From Neoechinorhynchus agilis (taxonomy: Eukaryota > Animalia > Acanthocephala): a DNA stretch of 64,000 nucleotides. The stretch lies in NCBI GenBank assembly GCA_051530055.1, contig CM121341.1:5124784-5188783 (forward strand), written 5' to 3'. How positions within the stretch are numbered: position 1 is the stretch's first letter; every line of letters begins with the position of its first letter. The notes under the pieces were generated by a model. That model worked only from the letters and a program-made list of their open reading frames with translations. It was not told the DNA's origin and did no database searches. A program made the translations under genes and the position numbers. Below are positions 25,401-37,230 of this stretch, piece after piece.

Positions 25401-28400
25401 GTTATCAATTAAAGTGATTCTTGGATATATAATTTTCCCCCACTTTCACATAGTTCTTACTTTCAAAAAAATCTCGTTTGCTTTAAAATTAAAAACTTTG
25501 GACGAGCCTAAAGTACATTTGATTTATTCTACACCCGCGATAAAAGAATAATTTATCAAAAAGACGTTCTGTAAACAACAAACGGAGATGATGAAGAGCC
25601 TACGAGGTTCTCAGAACGTCTTTTTGACTTTTAAACCTCCTTATTTATTCAATAACCTTGTTTTAGATATAAATGGTTGTCCCTATTTCGTGAGAAAGCG
25701 TCACATTAATCGCTTGATTTGTTTTTTTTTCCAAAAAAAGGTTAATCTTTTCAAGAACTCATGGATAGACGAAGAATCCGGCGGTCTGTGCATAATCGCT
25801 TGTCTCACTTTGGTACATAACGAGCCAACATTATCGGCATCGCTATTAATCGATATGTATGCCGCCATGAGCAGGTAAAAAAACTCTTGTGTCCATCGCT
25901 TCCATTTTCGTTAGAGTTGCTGGATCATTTCTTTACACGTGGCAAGATCGTAACTCAACATTTATTCCTGGAAACTGCAAGAGCATAGCACGCCAGTTTA
26001 TTCGTTGCTCACTTCTCCAATTAGCTCCTAATGGAGTTTTCTATCAGCTATTTCAGCATCCGTACGGTAAGACGAAATCAACAAAATACTCTTTAAAAAA
26101 ATTCACTTTAGATGAAAGCTTTTTTGAAACAATGGCAAACTCCATATCTGAATTCCCTGAACTTCCACCTCATGCCGCACTTAAACGCTTATTAAATGTT
26201 AGTTTGTTAGAATATTTTTAAAAATTTCGACGAACATAATCCCGAGTATGATGTGTGACCCTAGAATCTAAAAGTTAACATAAGATTTCGATAGAAACAA
26301 TTTTACCGAAAACAGTAGATGGGGCATATTTCCTGAAGATACAAAGTCTTTCAATCTTGAGACAATCTCCGAATTCCTTTGTCGTGTAAACCCGGGTCTC
26401 TCAACAAAGCTAATTTTCTCGGCGACGTGCAAAATACTGTCGAAAAAGGAAGGCAACCGGGATGGTAAAACTCGTTTTGTGAACCACTTTGAAACCCACA
26501 TTCGAAAAAAAAGTTGACACAAATTCCGGAAACAACCCAAAAATGTCATGCTCATGATTATGTCCGTCGAAATTATAACTTGATTATCCCGATGGATTTT
26601 ATGTGTCGATGATTAACAGGACTTTTGTGCCCAAAAACTGATAGCACCTCCTATTTACAATCAAATCATAGCAAACTTGGCCATTTACATGCAGCATGTT
26701 CCAATTGAAGGATTTGTCGCTTCTTGGTCTCCGTTGTTTGAAGAATTCGAACGATTCTTTACAAAACTCATAAGTACAATCGTAAAGCCAGCAACTGAAC
26801 TTAATCCGATTCTCCAAATTGTGAAGAGACTTTTAAGTGTTCCTCATGTCAGCACCGCGAAGGTCAGTGCCTCGTTTCAATCTTCTTAAGACAAGCTTCA
26901 ATGTAGACTTTAACTGAGCCGCTAACGAAGATCCTCTGTCATGTACTTCAAGATTCCAATTTTTCATTTGAAGACCTCCTCGATCTTAGCAACCTTTGTT
27001 ATAAAGCTTTCTTAAAGGTAAGCATTTTGGAATAAAGTCTCGGTTAAATGATTATTTCGATTAAAAAGACGACCTCGTAAGACGAAGCATTTTATGAAAA
27101 CGTGGTTCTAAAACTTAATTCCTCAATTTATCTTTTTAACCAAACAAGCCCTCAACGGTCACGATTCATAAGTCCAGTGTAGGCGGCGAGGTGTTTATAT
27201 TTTAATCCTCTACACGGATACTGAATGGTTCAAAGTATTAGCGAGTTTATTCACTTCCGTGATCGAAATCGGTGGATTCTGTGTGGCAAAATCAGTTTTT
27301 TTAGGTGATAGTGCGTTAAAATCACAATAGAATACGATTATCCATTATGCGATTTTTATTTATTTCAATAGATGCCACTATTGGACCAGGCAGCTGATTC
27401 GCTGCAGTGCTTGTGGTTAATTATAGTATTCACATCGCTCACATTTTAGGATCGAGATCGATTCTTCATAGCAAGAGCAGTCATATCGACTTTCTTCGAT
27501 TATATAAACGCAAGAGAAATCTGTGCTGATCGGAATGTTCTTCTTATGATACAGGTATTTTTGTTAATGTTTAACCGACTAAAAATTAAAAATGTTCATA
27601 AGTTTATCCTTGTTGATATTGGTGGCGTAATATATTCTTCACCGGTGATATCAAATGAAATGGAGAAGCTTAATTTAAATGAAATCGTGAGATTTGTTTT
27701 CGCGATTTCGATAGACCCACATTTACGTCCACTTAGACCATTCAAACTCTCGGTGCCGAATATATGCGATCTTTCACAAATGAGATCATAACGTTCATTA
27801 GCGATGTCCATGCCGTGTCCAGACTAAAGGTTTCAAAACTATCTCAAATAAATTGTTTTAACAACTTGCGTCTTTCTTAAACACAGACCTTTATATGTGA
27901 AGGACATGCGAACTCAATAAACCTCTCGATCGATACACTCGGTGGTCAAATCAAAGCAGGACTTGCCCAGTATCTTTCTCTTGAGTTTACCAAATACAGA
28001 GATAGCAAAATGATTACTCGGCTACTTCCATGGCTGTACACTCCACCATCTCCAGTTCACGGGTAAGAACTTTGTATTGTTTATCGTGATTTAGTTCATT
28101 ATTATTGAATCGTAGGGTTGAAGATTATCAGGCATGTATTGACCATCTCCGATTCCTCTCATGGTTGTTGGCCGGGTCTTTGACTCACACCGCAATAACC
28201 AAAAACGAGGCAGCAGTTATAAGCCAACCGATACCAATCGATGCCAGTTTGCCAATCAGTGATAGGGTCATGTACGTCATTACTGAATTTACTGATCAAA
28301 GCAAGAAGTCAGTTGCTCATATGAGTGCTCTGTTTCATTCAGTAGTGCTATGCCAAGTGAGTAACAACTCATTTAGACTTTTGAGAAAATCTAATTTCTG

Positions 28401-28927
28401 TAAAGCTATGGACGATGTACTGTGAACAGTTTCAAGCCGATACCAGTGCTCTCGACGCCATAATGGCATTTTGGACACGCATCACACCGGGAATTCTTCA
28501 ACTGCTCGCTAATTCCAAATCAGTTAGTGAATCTACTTTAAAAAAAGTTCGATATTCATTCGTCTTATCAGCTTGCAGACATGATGAACTTACATTTCCT
28601 TAACTTAATTGAAGCTCTTCAAGAGAGCAACTCAGTAGTGTTAGCGAAGGTATCTACCAAAAAAGGAAGGCAATCCTTGAAATGATTCGCAACTTTTTTT
28701 AGCTCTTCCCACTCTGGGAACCAGTCCTTCACACGCATCCGTCTAATCTGCCATCTCACATACTCATCAGATTGCAAGCATGTCTTAATTTCAAGCCTTC
28801 AATAGAATCTCATAATGCATCGATGTTCAAGTATACGATTTTGCTCAAATGGCTTCAACGTCTTCAGTTCAAGATGGTTCAAATTGAATTACAATCATCT
28901 CATGCATCGCAGTTCTACACCCTTTAG
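16484..28927 (+). CDS. UNC79: UNC79, NALCN channel complex subunit (multi-exon)
   Basis: ATG at 16484 and intron 16500-16549 give MDPTSFASKLRVL. Motifs follow the remembered UNC79 order: FQWF...LMEKLK, SVQEQALCWL, FNSNDWQVR, LNWDFFMNRFDTL, LGNVLLPYVLKLL, PGNCKSIARQFIRCSLLQLAPNG, LRFLSWLLAGSLTH, FWTRITPGILQLL, and terminal QFKMVQIELQSSHASQFYTL-TAG (28925-28927). Not every exon boundary was traced. Confidence 0.95.
19822..20690. repeat. Intronic tandem array, ~153-bp monomer, ~6 copies
   Basis: GGACAATGTGAA at 19971, 20124, 20232, 20378, 20519 and 20669. It lies between the donor AAG|GTTTGA (~19724) and the acceptor TTTAG (~20832) of UNC79. Confidence 0.92.
23018..23123. mobile_element. Small MITE (ATATTTCGG family) in a UNC79 intron
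   Basis: TAAAATGATTTTATTTTTAAA arms are inverted; the interior matches 56644-56753 in opposite orientation. Confidence 0.75.
24620..25380. repeat. Intronic tandem array, 118-bp monomer, ~6.5 copies
   Basis: CTAAAAGGGAATTTGGCAACC recurs every 118 bp, between the UNC79 exons encoding CELCGAEIEN and DEESGGLCII. Confidence 0.95.
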
Positions 28928-29075
28928 ACTTTAGTATGATTCGAGTAAAAGAACAATTATTTACCACTTTTGTTTGTATGGCTTCCCGGACCAATTGTTC
29001 CATTTAACAACACGTTTTATTTTGTTTAAGAAGAGGACCCATGAACCTCTGGATCCTCGTGATCATTTTAGAGTG

Positions 29076-29146
29076 GATGACGGATCCGAAGAGGTGGATG
29101 AGGGATCCGGTTCGAATGACGGATCCGGGGTGGATGACGGATGCCG
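29076..29146. repeat. Short decayed GGATGACGGATCCG repeat
   Basis: About four imperfect copies abutting the truncated SINE-like copy. Confidence 0.6.
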
Positions 29147-29284
29147 GACTCATCATTGAGTTTCCTTTTCCCTTCATCGAGGTATTTCGGCCCCTTTCGT
29201 TGTGGGTAATCGGTCATTGTGGATTTTGAACCCGCTGACCCTGGAACAGGGAGCAGGAGCTTTAGTCCACTTGACCACCTCAGC
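29146..29284 (-). mobile_element. 3'-truncated tRNA-headed SINE-like copy
   Basis: A box TGGTCAAGTGG (29277-29267) and B box GGTTCAAAATCC (29232-29221). Confidence 0.6.
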
Positions 29285-29399
29285 ACAACTACGGAATGTA
29301 CAAACTTCGCCACACATTGACCCGGATTAGCTTTCCGATTTAAGCATTCTTATGAGTGGCTCAGCCGTATCATAACATTGTATTAACAACAACACCCAC

Positions 29400-31607
29400 A
29401 TAAACGTGCTGCCACACTACTACCACAAAATAATCAATGGCACACTCTACATTAGTCTCTCGTTACCGCATTATCGATCACCACCTCAATCAATTTTGAA
29501 ACGTTGAGGAGGTCGCTCTTGTGCTTCTCCACAGTAGCTTCTCTGGATCCTTTTTTGGCACTAGTTTCTCCTGTTTCTCAGGATCGTCGACGGCCTCTCC
29601 TTCTTTTTCAGACACTCCCCCTTCACTGAATCCCCTTCGTTCCTTGATGACGACTCCTCATCTGTCTCTGTGGATCTCGATCCATCCATCCTATTCTCTG
29701 TGGTTCTATCTTAGAGAATTTTGTTTCATCCGACTCTGCACTGCTAGTATCTTTTCCCCATCTGTACCGTAAGTAGTCCCCCACCATGGATCCTCTGCCC
29801 TTTACCGTTTTCACCAAAAACACGATAGGATACCGGCCGTGTCCTGCGCTCTATCTTTCCTTCCATGTATCATCTATAGATCGCTTATACCAAATCAAGT
29901 CCTTGTCTTGAAATTGGTGCTCTTTCTTTAAATCGAACTTCACTTTCGAATTTTCTGAACCGTCTGTTTCGTCAATTGATGCATATTGTCTCGAACGACG
30001 TGGACAAACGTCTGCCTATTAATTTTTCAGCTGCTGTTATTTTAGTGACATTGTTCTCGGAATTTCTATAATAAAAAAGAAACGCCCATAATTCCTCTTG
30101 ATTAATATCCCCGATTTTGTCCATCGCTCTTCGTTTGAAAGTACCAACCATTCGTTCTACCAACCCATTGGTCTGAGTGTGATATGGACTCGATTTGATT
30201 TGTTGAATTCCCTGTCCTTCACAAAATACTTCAAACTGTTCTGACGTGAATTGGGGACCATTGCCGGAGACAATGTGGTTTGGAATTCCGAATCTGGCAT
30301 AGCAATCTTTAAGTTCGGTTATCACAGCACCGGTCGTTGCTCAACTTCCCAAGTTCCAAATCTAAGGCCACTTACTCGTGGCATCCACTAACAGCAAAAA
30401 CATCTTACCATAGATGGGCCCTGTCAAATCGATGTGAAATCTTCTCCATGGTGTTGCTGGACTTCGCCCCTGGCAGTGTTCGCATTGATTGACGAAGATT
30501 TCCACGTCTGCTCCAATTTTCGGCCACCAAACATAATGTATTGATAGGTTTCTCATGGCCTCGATGCCCGGAAGGGCGCAATTACTTAGGAATGACAATT
30601 CTTTGTTGCACCATGAGCATGCCGTTTTCCTGTGACAATTCGCTTCTTCGGTCCCAGTATTTCTTTTCATCTCCATCCATCTTGGCTCCCAACCGTATTT
30701 CAAAAACCTAACTATTCGTTGAGTCTCATCATCGTAGCCTCGATAATCTTCCTTCTTGATAGCTGACATTGTTTGGCACCTTCGTTCTGAATCGTGAACG
30801 TCCTGGCGTCGACAGTGCTCTCCTTTGCTTCAAGACTTTGTGGGTTGGATAAGCGAGATAGACAATCGGTGTACAAATTCGTTTTGCCCTTCACATATCT
30901 CACATCGTAATCGTACTCGCCCAAAATGATCGCCCAACGTACTATCCGTCCATTGGTCATCTTGCTTAATATTCTGTTTTCTCCAAATATATGCCTTAAC
31001 GGCTGATGATCCGTTTCGATCGTGAAGTGTCGGCCAAAAAGATATGAAATCTCTTAACAACATATACGATAGCCACCGCTTCCTTATCCAACGTTGAATA
31101 TTTTAGCTCTGCTGGGCTGATTTTCTTGCAAGCAAACATGATAGGCATATTTTTCTGGTTTCGCTCGTCAAATTGGAAAATAGCAGCTCCAACTCCTTTC
31201 TCCCTAGAATCACAATCTAGGGTCACTGGTTTCGTTTCATCGAATAGGATCAAACTGATAAGATTCGAAAAGGCCTCCTTTACATCAATAAACGCATTTT
31301 TTTCATTTTTGCCTTATTTCCACTTGACATTCACTGTTAGCGAATCCTGCAGCGGTGCACAAATTGTTTGTAAATGTGGTATGAATTTGTCTAAGAAGTT
31401 CACCGCGCCTAAAAAGGATCTCAACTCTTTCTTATAAACAGGATCTGCCGCCAGTTTCATATCATTCACTCGTTCTGCACTTGCCTGTCATTTCTCCTTC
31501 ATCAGAGAGTGTCCCAAATAACTAACATGCTCTTCTAGAAATTGACACTTGTCCTTCTTTACTCGCACTCCCGCCGATTCCAGCAGCCGATAGTCTCTTT
31601 TATAGAT
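29400..31607 (-). mobile_element. Dead Ty3/Gypsy pol fragment (RT C-terminus, RNase H, integrase), copy 1
   Basis: AGVRVKKDKCQFLEEHVSYLGH; LDCDS...GVGA; KYSTLDKEAVAIV; RIVRWAIILGEYDY; YVWWPKI..DVE..V..C..CQ; FGIP..IVSGNGPQF...PYHTQTNGLVERMV. Many frameshifts, no YxDD motif, and SDNG has become SGNG. Confidence 0.92.
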
Positions 31608-31896
31608 ATTTTTCCATACACGGCCGAATGGACATCCACAATCCACCGCGAATTCGGTCTGGACAATGCTGGTCTGCGCCGAATGCCCCAAGACCGTACG
31701 GTAATAGAGTTTGTAAGAATCCCTCCGGATTCTCAGATACCTCTCCAGGAGGAGGCGGGACTCATCATTGAGTTTCCTTTTCCCTTCATCGAGGTATTTC
31801 GGCCCCTTTCGTTGTGGGTAATCGGTCATTGTGGATTTTGAACCCGCTGACCCTGGAACAGGGAGCAGGAGCTTTAGTCCACTTGACCACCTCAGC
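31608..31896 (-). mobile_element. Most complete tRNA-headed SINE-like copy (~290 bp)
   Basis: Head GCTGAGG-TGGTCAAGTGG (A box 31889-31879) and B box 31844-31833; the body is shared with 11106-11232, 5876-5925 and 33934-34068. The 3' boundary is approximate. Confidence 0.55.
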
Positions 31897-32009
31897 ACAA
31901 CTACGGAATGTACAAACTTCGCCACACATTGACCCGGATTAGCTTTCCGATTTAAGCATTCTTATGAGTGGCTCAGCCGTATCATAACATTGTATTAACA
32001 ACAACACCC

Positions 32010-33650
32010 ACATAAACGTGCTGCCACACTACTACCACAAAATAATCAATGGCACACTCTACATTAGTCTCTCGTTACCGCATTATCGATCACCACCTCA
32101 ATCAATTTTGAAACGTTGAGGAGGTCGCTCTTGTGCTTCTCCACAGTAGCTTCTCTGGATCCTTTTTTGGCACTAGTTTCTCCTGTTTCTCAGGATCGTC
32201 GACGGCCTCTCCTTCTTTTTCAGACACTCCCCCTTCACTGAATCCCCTTCGTTCCTTGATGACGACTCCTCATCTGTCTCTGTGGATCTCGATCCATCCA
32301 TCCTATTCTCTGTGGTTCTATCTTAGAGAATTTTGTTTCATCCGACTCTGCACTGCTAGTATCTTTTCCCCATCTGTACCGTAAGTAGTCCCCCACCATG
32401 GATCCTCTGCCCTTTACCGTTTTCACCAAAAACACGATAGGATACCGGCCGTGTCCTGCGCTCTATCTTTCCTTCCATGTATCATCTATAGATCGCTTAT
32501 ACCAAATCAAGTCCTTGTCTTGAAATTGGTGCTCTTTCTTTAAATCGAACTTCACTTTCGAATTTTCTGAACCGTCTGTTTCGTCAATTGATGCATATTG
32601 TCTCGAACGACGTGGACAAACGTCTGCCTATTAATTTTTCAGCTGCTGTTATTTTAGTGACATTGTTCTCGGAATTTCTATAATAAAAAAGAAACGCCCA
32701 TAATTCCTCTTGATTAATATCCCCGATTTTGTCCATCGCTCTTCGTTTGAAAGTACCAACCATTCGTTCTATCAACCCATTGGTCTGAGTGTGATATGGA
32801 CTCGATTTGATTTTTTGAATTCCCTGTCCTTCACAAAATACTTCAAACTGTTCTGACGTGAATTGGGGACCATTGCCGGAGACAATGTGGTTTGGAATTC
32901 CGAATCTGGCATAGCAATCTTTAAGTTCGGTTATCACAGCACCGGTCGTTGCTCAACTTCCCCCAATTCAAATCTAAGGCCACTTACTCGTGGCATCCAC
33001 TAACAACAAAAAACATCTTACCATGGATGGGCCCTGTCAAATCGATGTGAAATCTTCTCCATGGTGTTGCTGGACTTCGCCCCTGGCAGTGTTCGCATTG
33101 ATTGACGAAGATTTCCACGTCTGCTCCAATTTTCGGCCACCAAACATAATGTATTGATAGGTTTCTCATGGCCTCGATGCCCGGAAGGGCGCAATTACTT
33201 AGGAATGACACTTCTTTGTTGCACCATGAGCATGCCGTTTTCCTGTGACAATTCGCTTCTTCGGTCCCAGTATTTCTTTTCATCTCCATCCATCTTGGCT
33301 CCCAACCGTATTTCAAAAACCTAACTATTCGTTGAGTCTCATCATCGTAGCCTCGGTAATCTTCCTTCTTGATAGCTGACATTGTTTGGCACCTTCGTTC
33401 TGAATCGTGAACGTCCTGGCGTCGACAGTGCTCTCCTTTGCTTCAAGACTTTGTGGGTTGGATAAGCGAGATAGACAATCGGTGTACAAATTCGTTTTGC
33501 CCTTCACATATCTCACATCGTAATCGTACTCGCCCAAAATGATCGCCCAACGTACTATCCGTCCATTGGTCATCTTGCTTAATATTCTGTTTTCTCCAAA
33601 TATATGCCTTAACGGCTGATGATCCGTTTCGATCGTGAAGTGTCGGTCGG
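32010..33650 (-). mobile_element. Dead Ty3/Gypsy pol fragment, copy 2, with a ~620-bp internal deletion
   Basis: Near-identical to copy 1 at a 2612-bp offset (ORFs 29521 vs 32133); RNase H and RT are lost at the TGTCGG-TCGGTCTGG junction near 33645. Confidence 0.92.
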
Positions 33651-34068
33651 TCTGGACAATGCTGGTCTGCGCTCAATGCCCCAAGACCGTACGGTAAAAG
33701 AGTTTGTAAGAATCCCTCCGGATTCTCAGATACCTCCAGGAGGCGGGACTCATCATTGAGTTTCCTCTTCCCTTCATCGAGGTATTTCGGCCCCTTTCGT
33801 TGTGGGTAATCAGTTATTGTGGATTTTGAACCCGATGACCCTGAAACAGACTCAGCACAACTACGGAATTTACAAACTTCGCGACACATTGACCCGGATT
33901 AGCTTTCCGATTTAAGCATTCTTATGAGTGGCTAGGAAGTATCTGAGAATCCGAATAGAACTCTTTTACCGTACAGTCATGAGCATTGAGCGCAGACCAG
34001 CGCTTTCATAGACCGAAATCAACGGACCGTGTGTCCGTATTTCAGCCGTGTGTATGGTGGGAAAAAAG
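33650..34068. mobile_element. Rearranged SINE-like remnants forming a fold-back
   Basis: 33650-33933 is a minus-strand copy lacking the A box; 33934-34068 is the body in the opposite orientation. Confidence 0.6.
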
Positions 34069-34121
34069 AATAACTTTAAAACATATATCCATGAAAAAAC
34101 TAATAATTTTTTCGATTAAAG

Positions 34122-35222
34122 ATGTGTGACGAAGAAGTTGCCGTCCTTGTATTGGACAATGGATCTGGAATTAGCAAAGCTGGATTTGCAGGGGACGATT
34201 TGCCCAGGGCCGTGTTCCCTTCAATTGTCTGCATTGATCAAAAGGACTCTTACGTTGGAGACGATGCTGAAAGCAAACGTGGAATCTTGACCCTCAAATA
34301 TCCGATTGAACATGGGATTGTCACTAATTGGGACGATATGGAGAAGATTTGGCACCACACATTTTACAACGAGCTTCGTGTGGCACCGGAGGAGCATCCT
34401 ATCCTATTGACCGAGGCCCCTTTAAATCCCAAAGCCAACCGAGAAAAAATGACACAAATAATGTTTGAAACTTTTAATGCTCCTGCAATGTACTTAGCAA
34501 TTGATACCGTTTTGTCATTGTTCGCTTTTGGTCGAACGACTGGGATCGTTTTGGATTCAGGGTATGGTGTTACTCATGCTGTACCCATTTACGAAGGATA
34601 CACACTTCCTAATGGGATACAGCGTCTTGAATTCGGAGGTCGAGATTTGACAGAGAATCTTATGAAGATTATGACGGAAGGTGGGTATACTTTTATGACT
34701 ACCACAGAGCGAGAAATTGTACGAGATATCAAAGAGAAACTTTGCTACGTTGCATTGGACTTTGAATTGGAAATGGAAGATGCTGCTTCGTCGAGCACTC
34801 TTGAAAAGAGTTATGAACTACCTGATGGACAAATAATTACTATTGGTAATGAAAGATTTAGGTGCCCAGAAGCTCTATTTCAACCTTCTTTCCTCGGAAT
34901 GGAGATTGTAGGAATCCACGAAGCTTGCTATAATTCAATTGTGGATTGCGATATAGACATACGTAAAGATCTCTATTCAAACATTGTCCTTTCTGGAGGT
35001 TCTACAATGTTTCCAGGAATCGCTGATCGAATGCAAAAGGAGATGACGTCTTTGGCTCCGAGCAATGTCGAAATCAAGATCATCGCTCCACCAGAGCGTA
35101 GATATTCTGTTTGGATCGGTGGATCTATTCTAGCGTCATTGCCTACTTTCGAATCAATGTGGATTTCAAAGGAGGAATACGACGAAAGTGGACCTTCGAT
35201 CGTGCATAGAAAGTGCTTCTAA
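34122..35222 (+). CDS. Divergent actin (366 aa), intronless CDS, with a 10-aa deletion at the D-loop
   Basis: [38 protein letters not shown] and the HRKCF terminus; intact ORF. Confidence 0.97.
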   Translation: MCDEEVAVLVLDNGSGISKAGFAGDDLPRAVFPSIVCIDQKDSYVGDDAESKRGILTLKYPIEHGIVTNWDDMEKIWHHTFYNELRVAPEEHPILLTEAPLNPKANREKMTQIMFETFNAPAMYLAIDTVLSLFAFGRTTGIVLDSGYGVTHAVPIYEGYTLPNGIQRLEFGGRDLTENLMKIMTEGGYTFMTTTEREIVRDIKEKLCYVALDFELEMEDAASSSTLEKSYELPDGQIITIGNERFRCPEALFQPSFLGMEIVGIHEACYNSIVDCDIDIRKDLYSNIVLSGGSTMFPGIADRMQKEMTSLAPSNVEIKIIAPPERRYSVWIGGSILASLPTFESMWISKEEYDESGPSIVHRKCF

Positions 35223-36864
35223 AAAAGTGGCACTCGTAGTGATGATAGGTAGAGTAGCCTTACGCAAATAAAACGAAATGCATTCGTTGATCGGTGATGA
35301 TTTTGCGAGAAATCTCAGAAACGGAATTTCAGTGTTAATACAAAATTATGCTTACTCGTTTTTGGAAATTCATAATGTTCACGATATTTGTTTGTGCCGT
35401 CATTGTGCCAGACTTGATCTTTTTTGGCGAACGGTGTATATTCCAAATATTTTTGAATAAGATTAACTTTTCAATCCTCATGCGAATCCTTATAGGATTT
35501 CCTCATGAGTTAGAAATCCAACTCCGCGTAGTGCGAAACAGTAAAGTAAGCTAAATTTTGAAAGCCTTTCGCCGCTGCTAGCAAACCTGAACATTAGTAG
35601 GCTATAAGCTAACCCATGCAGGAATTATGGTAACTTTCGGTGGCTTGTCGATACTGCCTTTCACAGTTCCAACCGGGAGCTTGATATTCCGTGATCAAAC
35701 ATTCGTAGGATTCGGGATCAGTTCGCTAGCGAAAGGAAAAATGGAAAAACCAGCTTGTAAAATGTCCCCCAGAGTGGTAAGAACTAAAATTCCAAAAATT
35801 CGAAGAAATCTAGAACCTCCAGCTTTTTGGGTCCCGAAACGAAGAAAATCTCAAAGCTTTCTACCGTTCTTGTAGGAATGACTCCTCCCGAACAAAACCG
35901 AATCTGATCTCCGTCTTGGATTAACGCAAATGTTCATCCGCGACATTTTACTTACAAAAATCGGGGCGCAAAATGTTTCTTGTTGTCGTCCACCCCTGAA
36001 TTAGGTTTTGTGGAGATTTTATTCATTCCACGCTCTATAAATGCTTTCAGGGTGAATCGAAAGTTACTTTGATTACTTCAGAATAAAGGCACTAGTAAGT
36101 TCGATGTGATTTCAAATAATTCTGCGAAGAAAATATACGCTTTAGTGACCATTAGAATTGTAGAAACATAATAAACCAATCGCCAGCAATGGAAAAAGTT
36201 TTCTTAGATTTTTCAGCACTGGCGGCAATCGCTTAATGGAACTGTCGACAACCATCCAACAAAAGTAATCTATCGATACAATGACAACTATTGAGGGATT
36301 TGTGGGGCGTCGAGACGACGAATTAAGGACAAGTCGCCAATCTATCAATAAAAACAAGTACTCTTGATTCGCTGTGACTCCATTTGTAAAATATATGCCA
36401 AATCCCAATCATTCTACAATCAAAAAATGTAATCCACAAACCAAAGTAACGCATTAAAACTGATCGTTTAGATCACTTAGTAACCTGGATAATTTAGTGG
36501 CTTCGTCGCAGCTGGGAATAAAAGCGAGTAAAAGAAACCAAGGCATTCTATAAGAGCGATCACCTCGAGCAATTTGATACCGGTGACCTGAAACATTTAA
36601 CCGTAATGATTACGATATTGAAACGGATACGAACGTGTGAAAACGGGAGAGTCAAGATGGTTGGCGAGTGCTTTGAGTTCCTTGGTAGCATCAATAGATG
36701 GTTCGATAAACGATAAATCGTTCAATATCTCTATTGCCTTCTCGTTTTCGGAAATAAAGAGACAAAACGAAAAACATTAAACCGGATCACATTGCCAAAC
36801 AGTCAATATTTCTGTCACATCGTCTATCTTTATGGGAAAATAAAACGAACGAGGCTTATATGAC

Positions 36865-37230
36865 TCACCTTCTTCCTTGTAAATTGCTGTCTAACTGTTT
36901 CCATTTTAGTATGAGGTTGTATGTAAGCGATTTCACTGCAGGCACAAGTTGAACGTTTTTCAGATCACATAACACATGATTTGCGACGGCGTTGTATAAA
37001 TCAAAACCTCCAACTACACATAACTTCCTGCAAAAATAAGACGGCTTAATAGTCGAGCGCAGCCAAACATACTCTAGAATCGATTTGCAATATTTTACAA
37101 TTTGTCTTAGTTCATTGATAGTACTTTGATCATATAAGGTCACGCGGCTCCGGTTGTCCATTAGTGCTTCCCCTATGGCAATAATCGTATCTGTCACTTG
37201 ATTCGGCTGAAACATTTTAAGTTGAGAATT
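36865..37230 (-). CDS. Probable exon of an unidentified multi-exon gene
   Basis: Open frame bounded by a TTTCAG acceptor upstream and AG|GTGAGT at its end; more splice-like signals lie between 35.9 and 37.45 kb. I could not assemble a full frame. Confidence 0.35.
   Translation of the reverse strand, partial: NSQLKMFQPNQVTDTIIAIGEALMDNRSRVTLYDQSTINELRQIVKYCKSILEYVWLRSTIKPSYFCRKLCVVGGFDLYNAVANHVLCDLKNVQLVPAVKSLTYNLILKWKQLDSNLQGRR

Noticed and set aside
29221-29284. Functional tRNA gene
   Set aside because: A and B boxes are present, but there is no acceptor-stem pairing or clear anticodon arm; treated as a SINE-like head.
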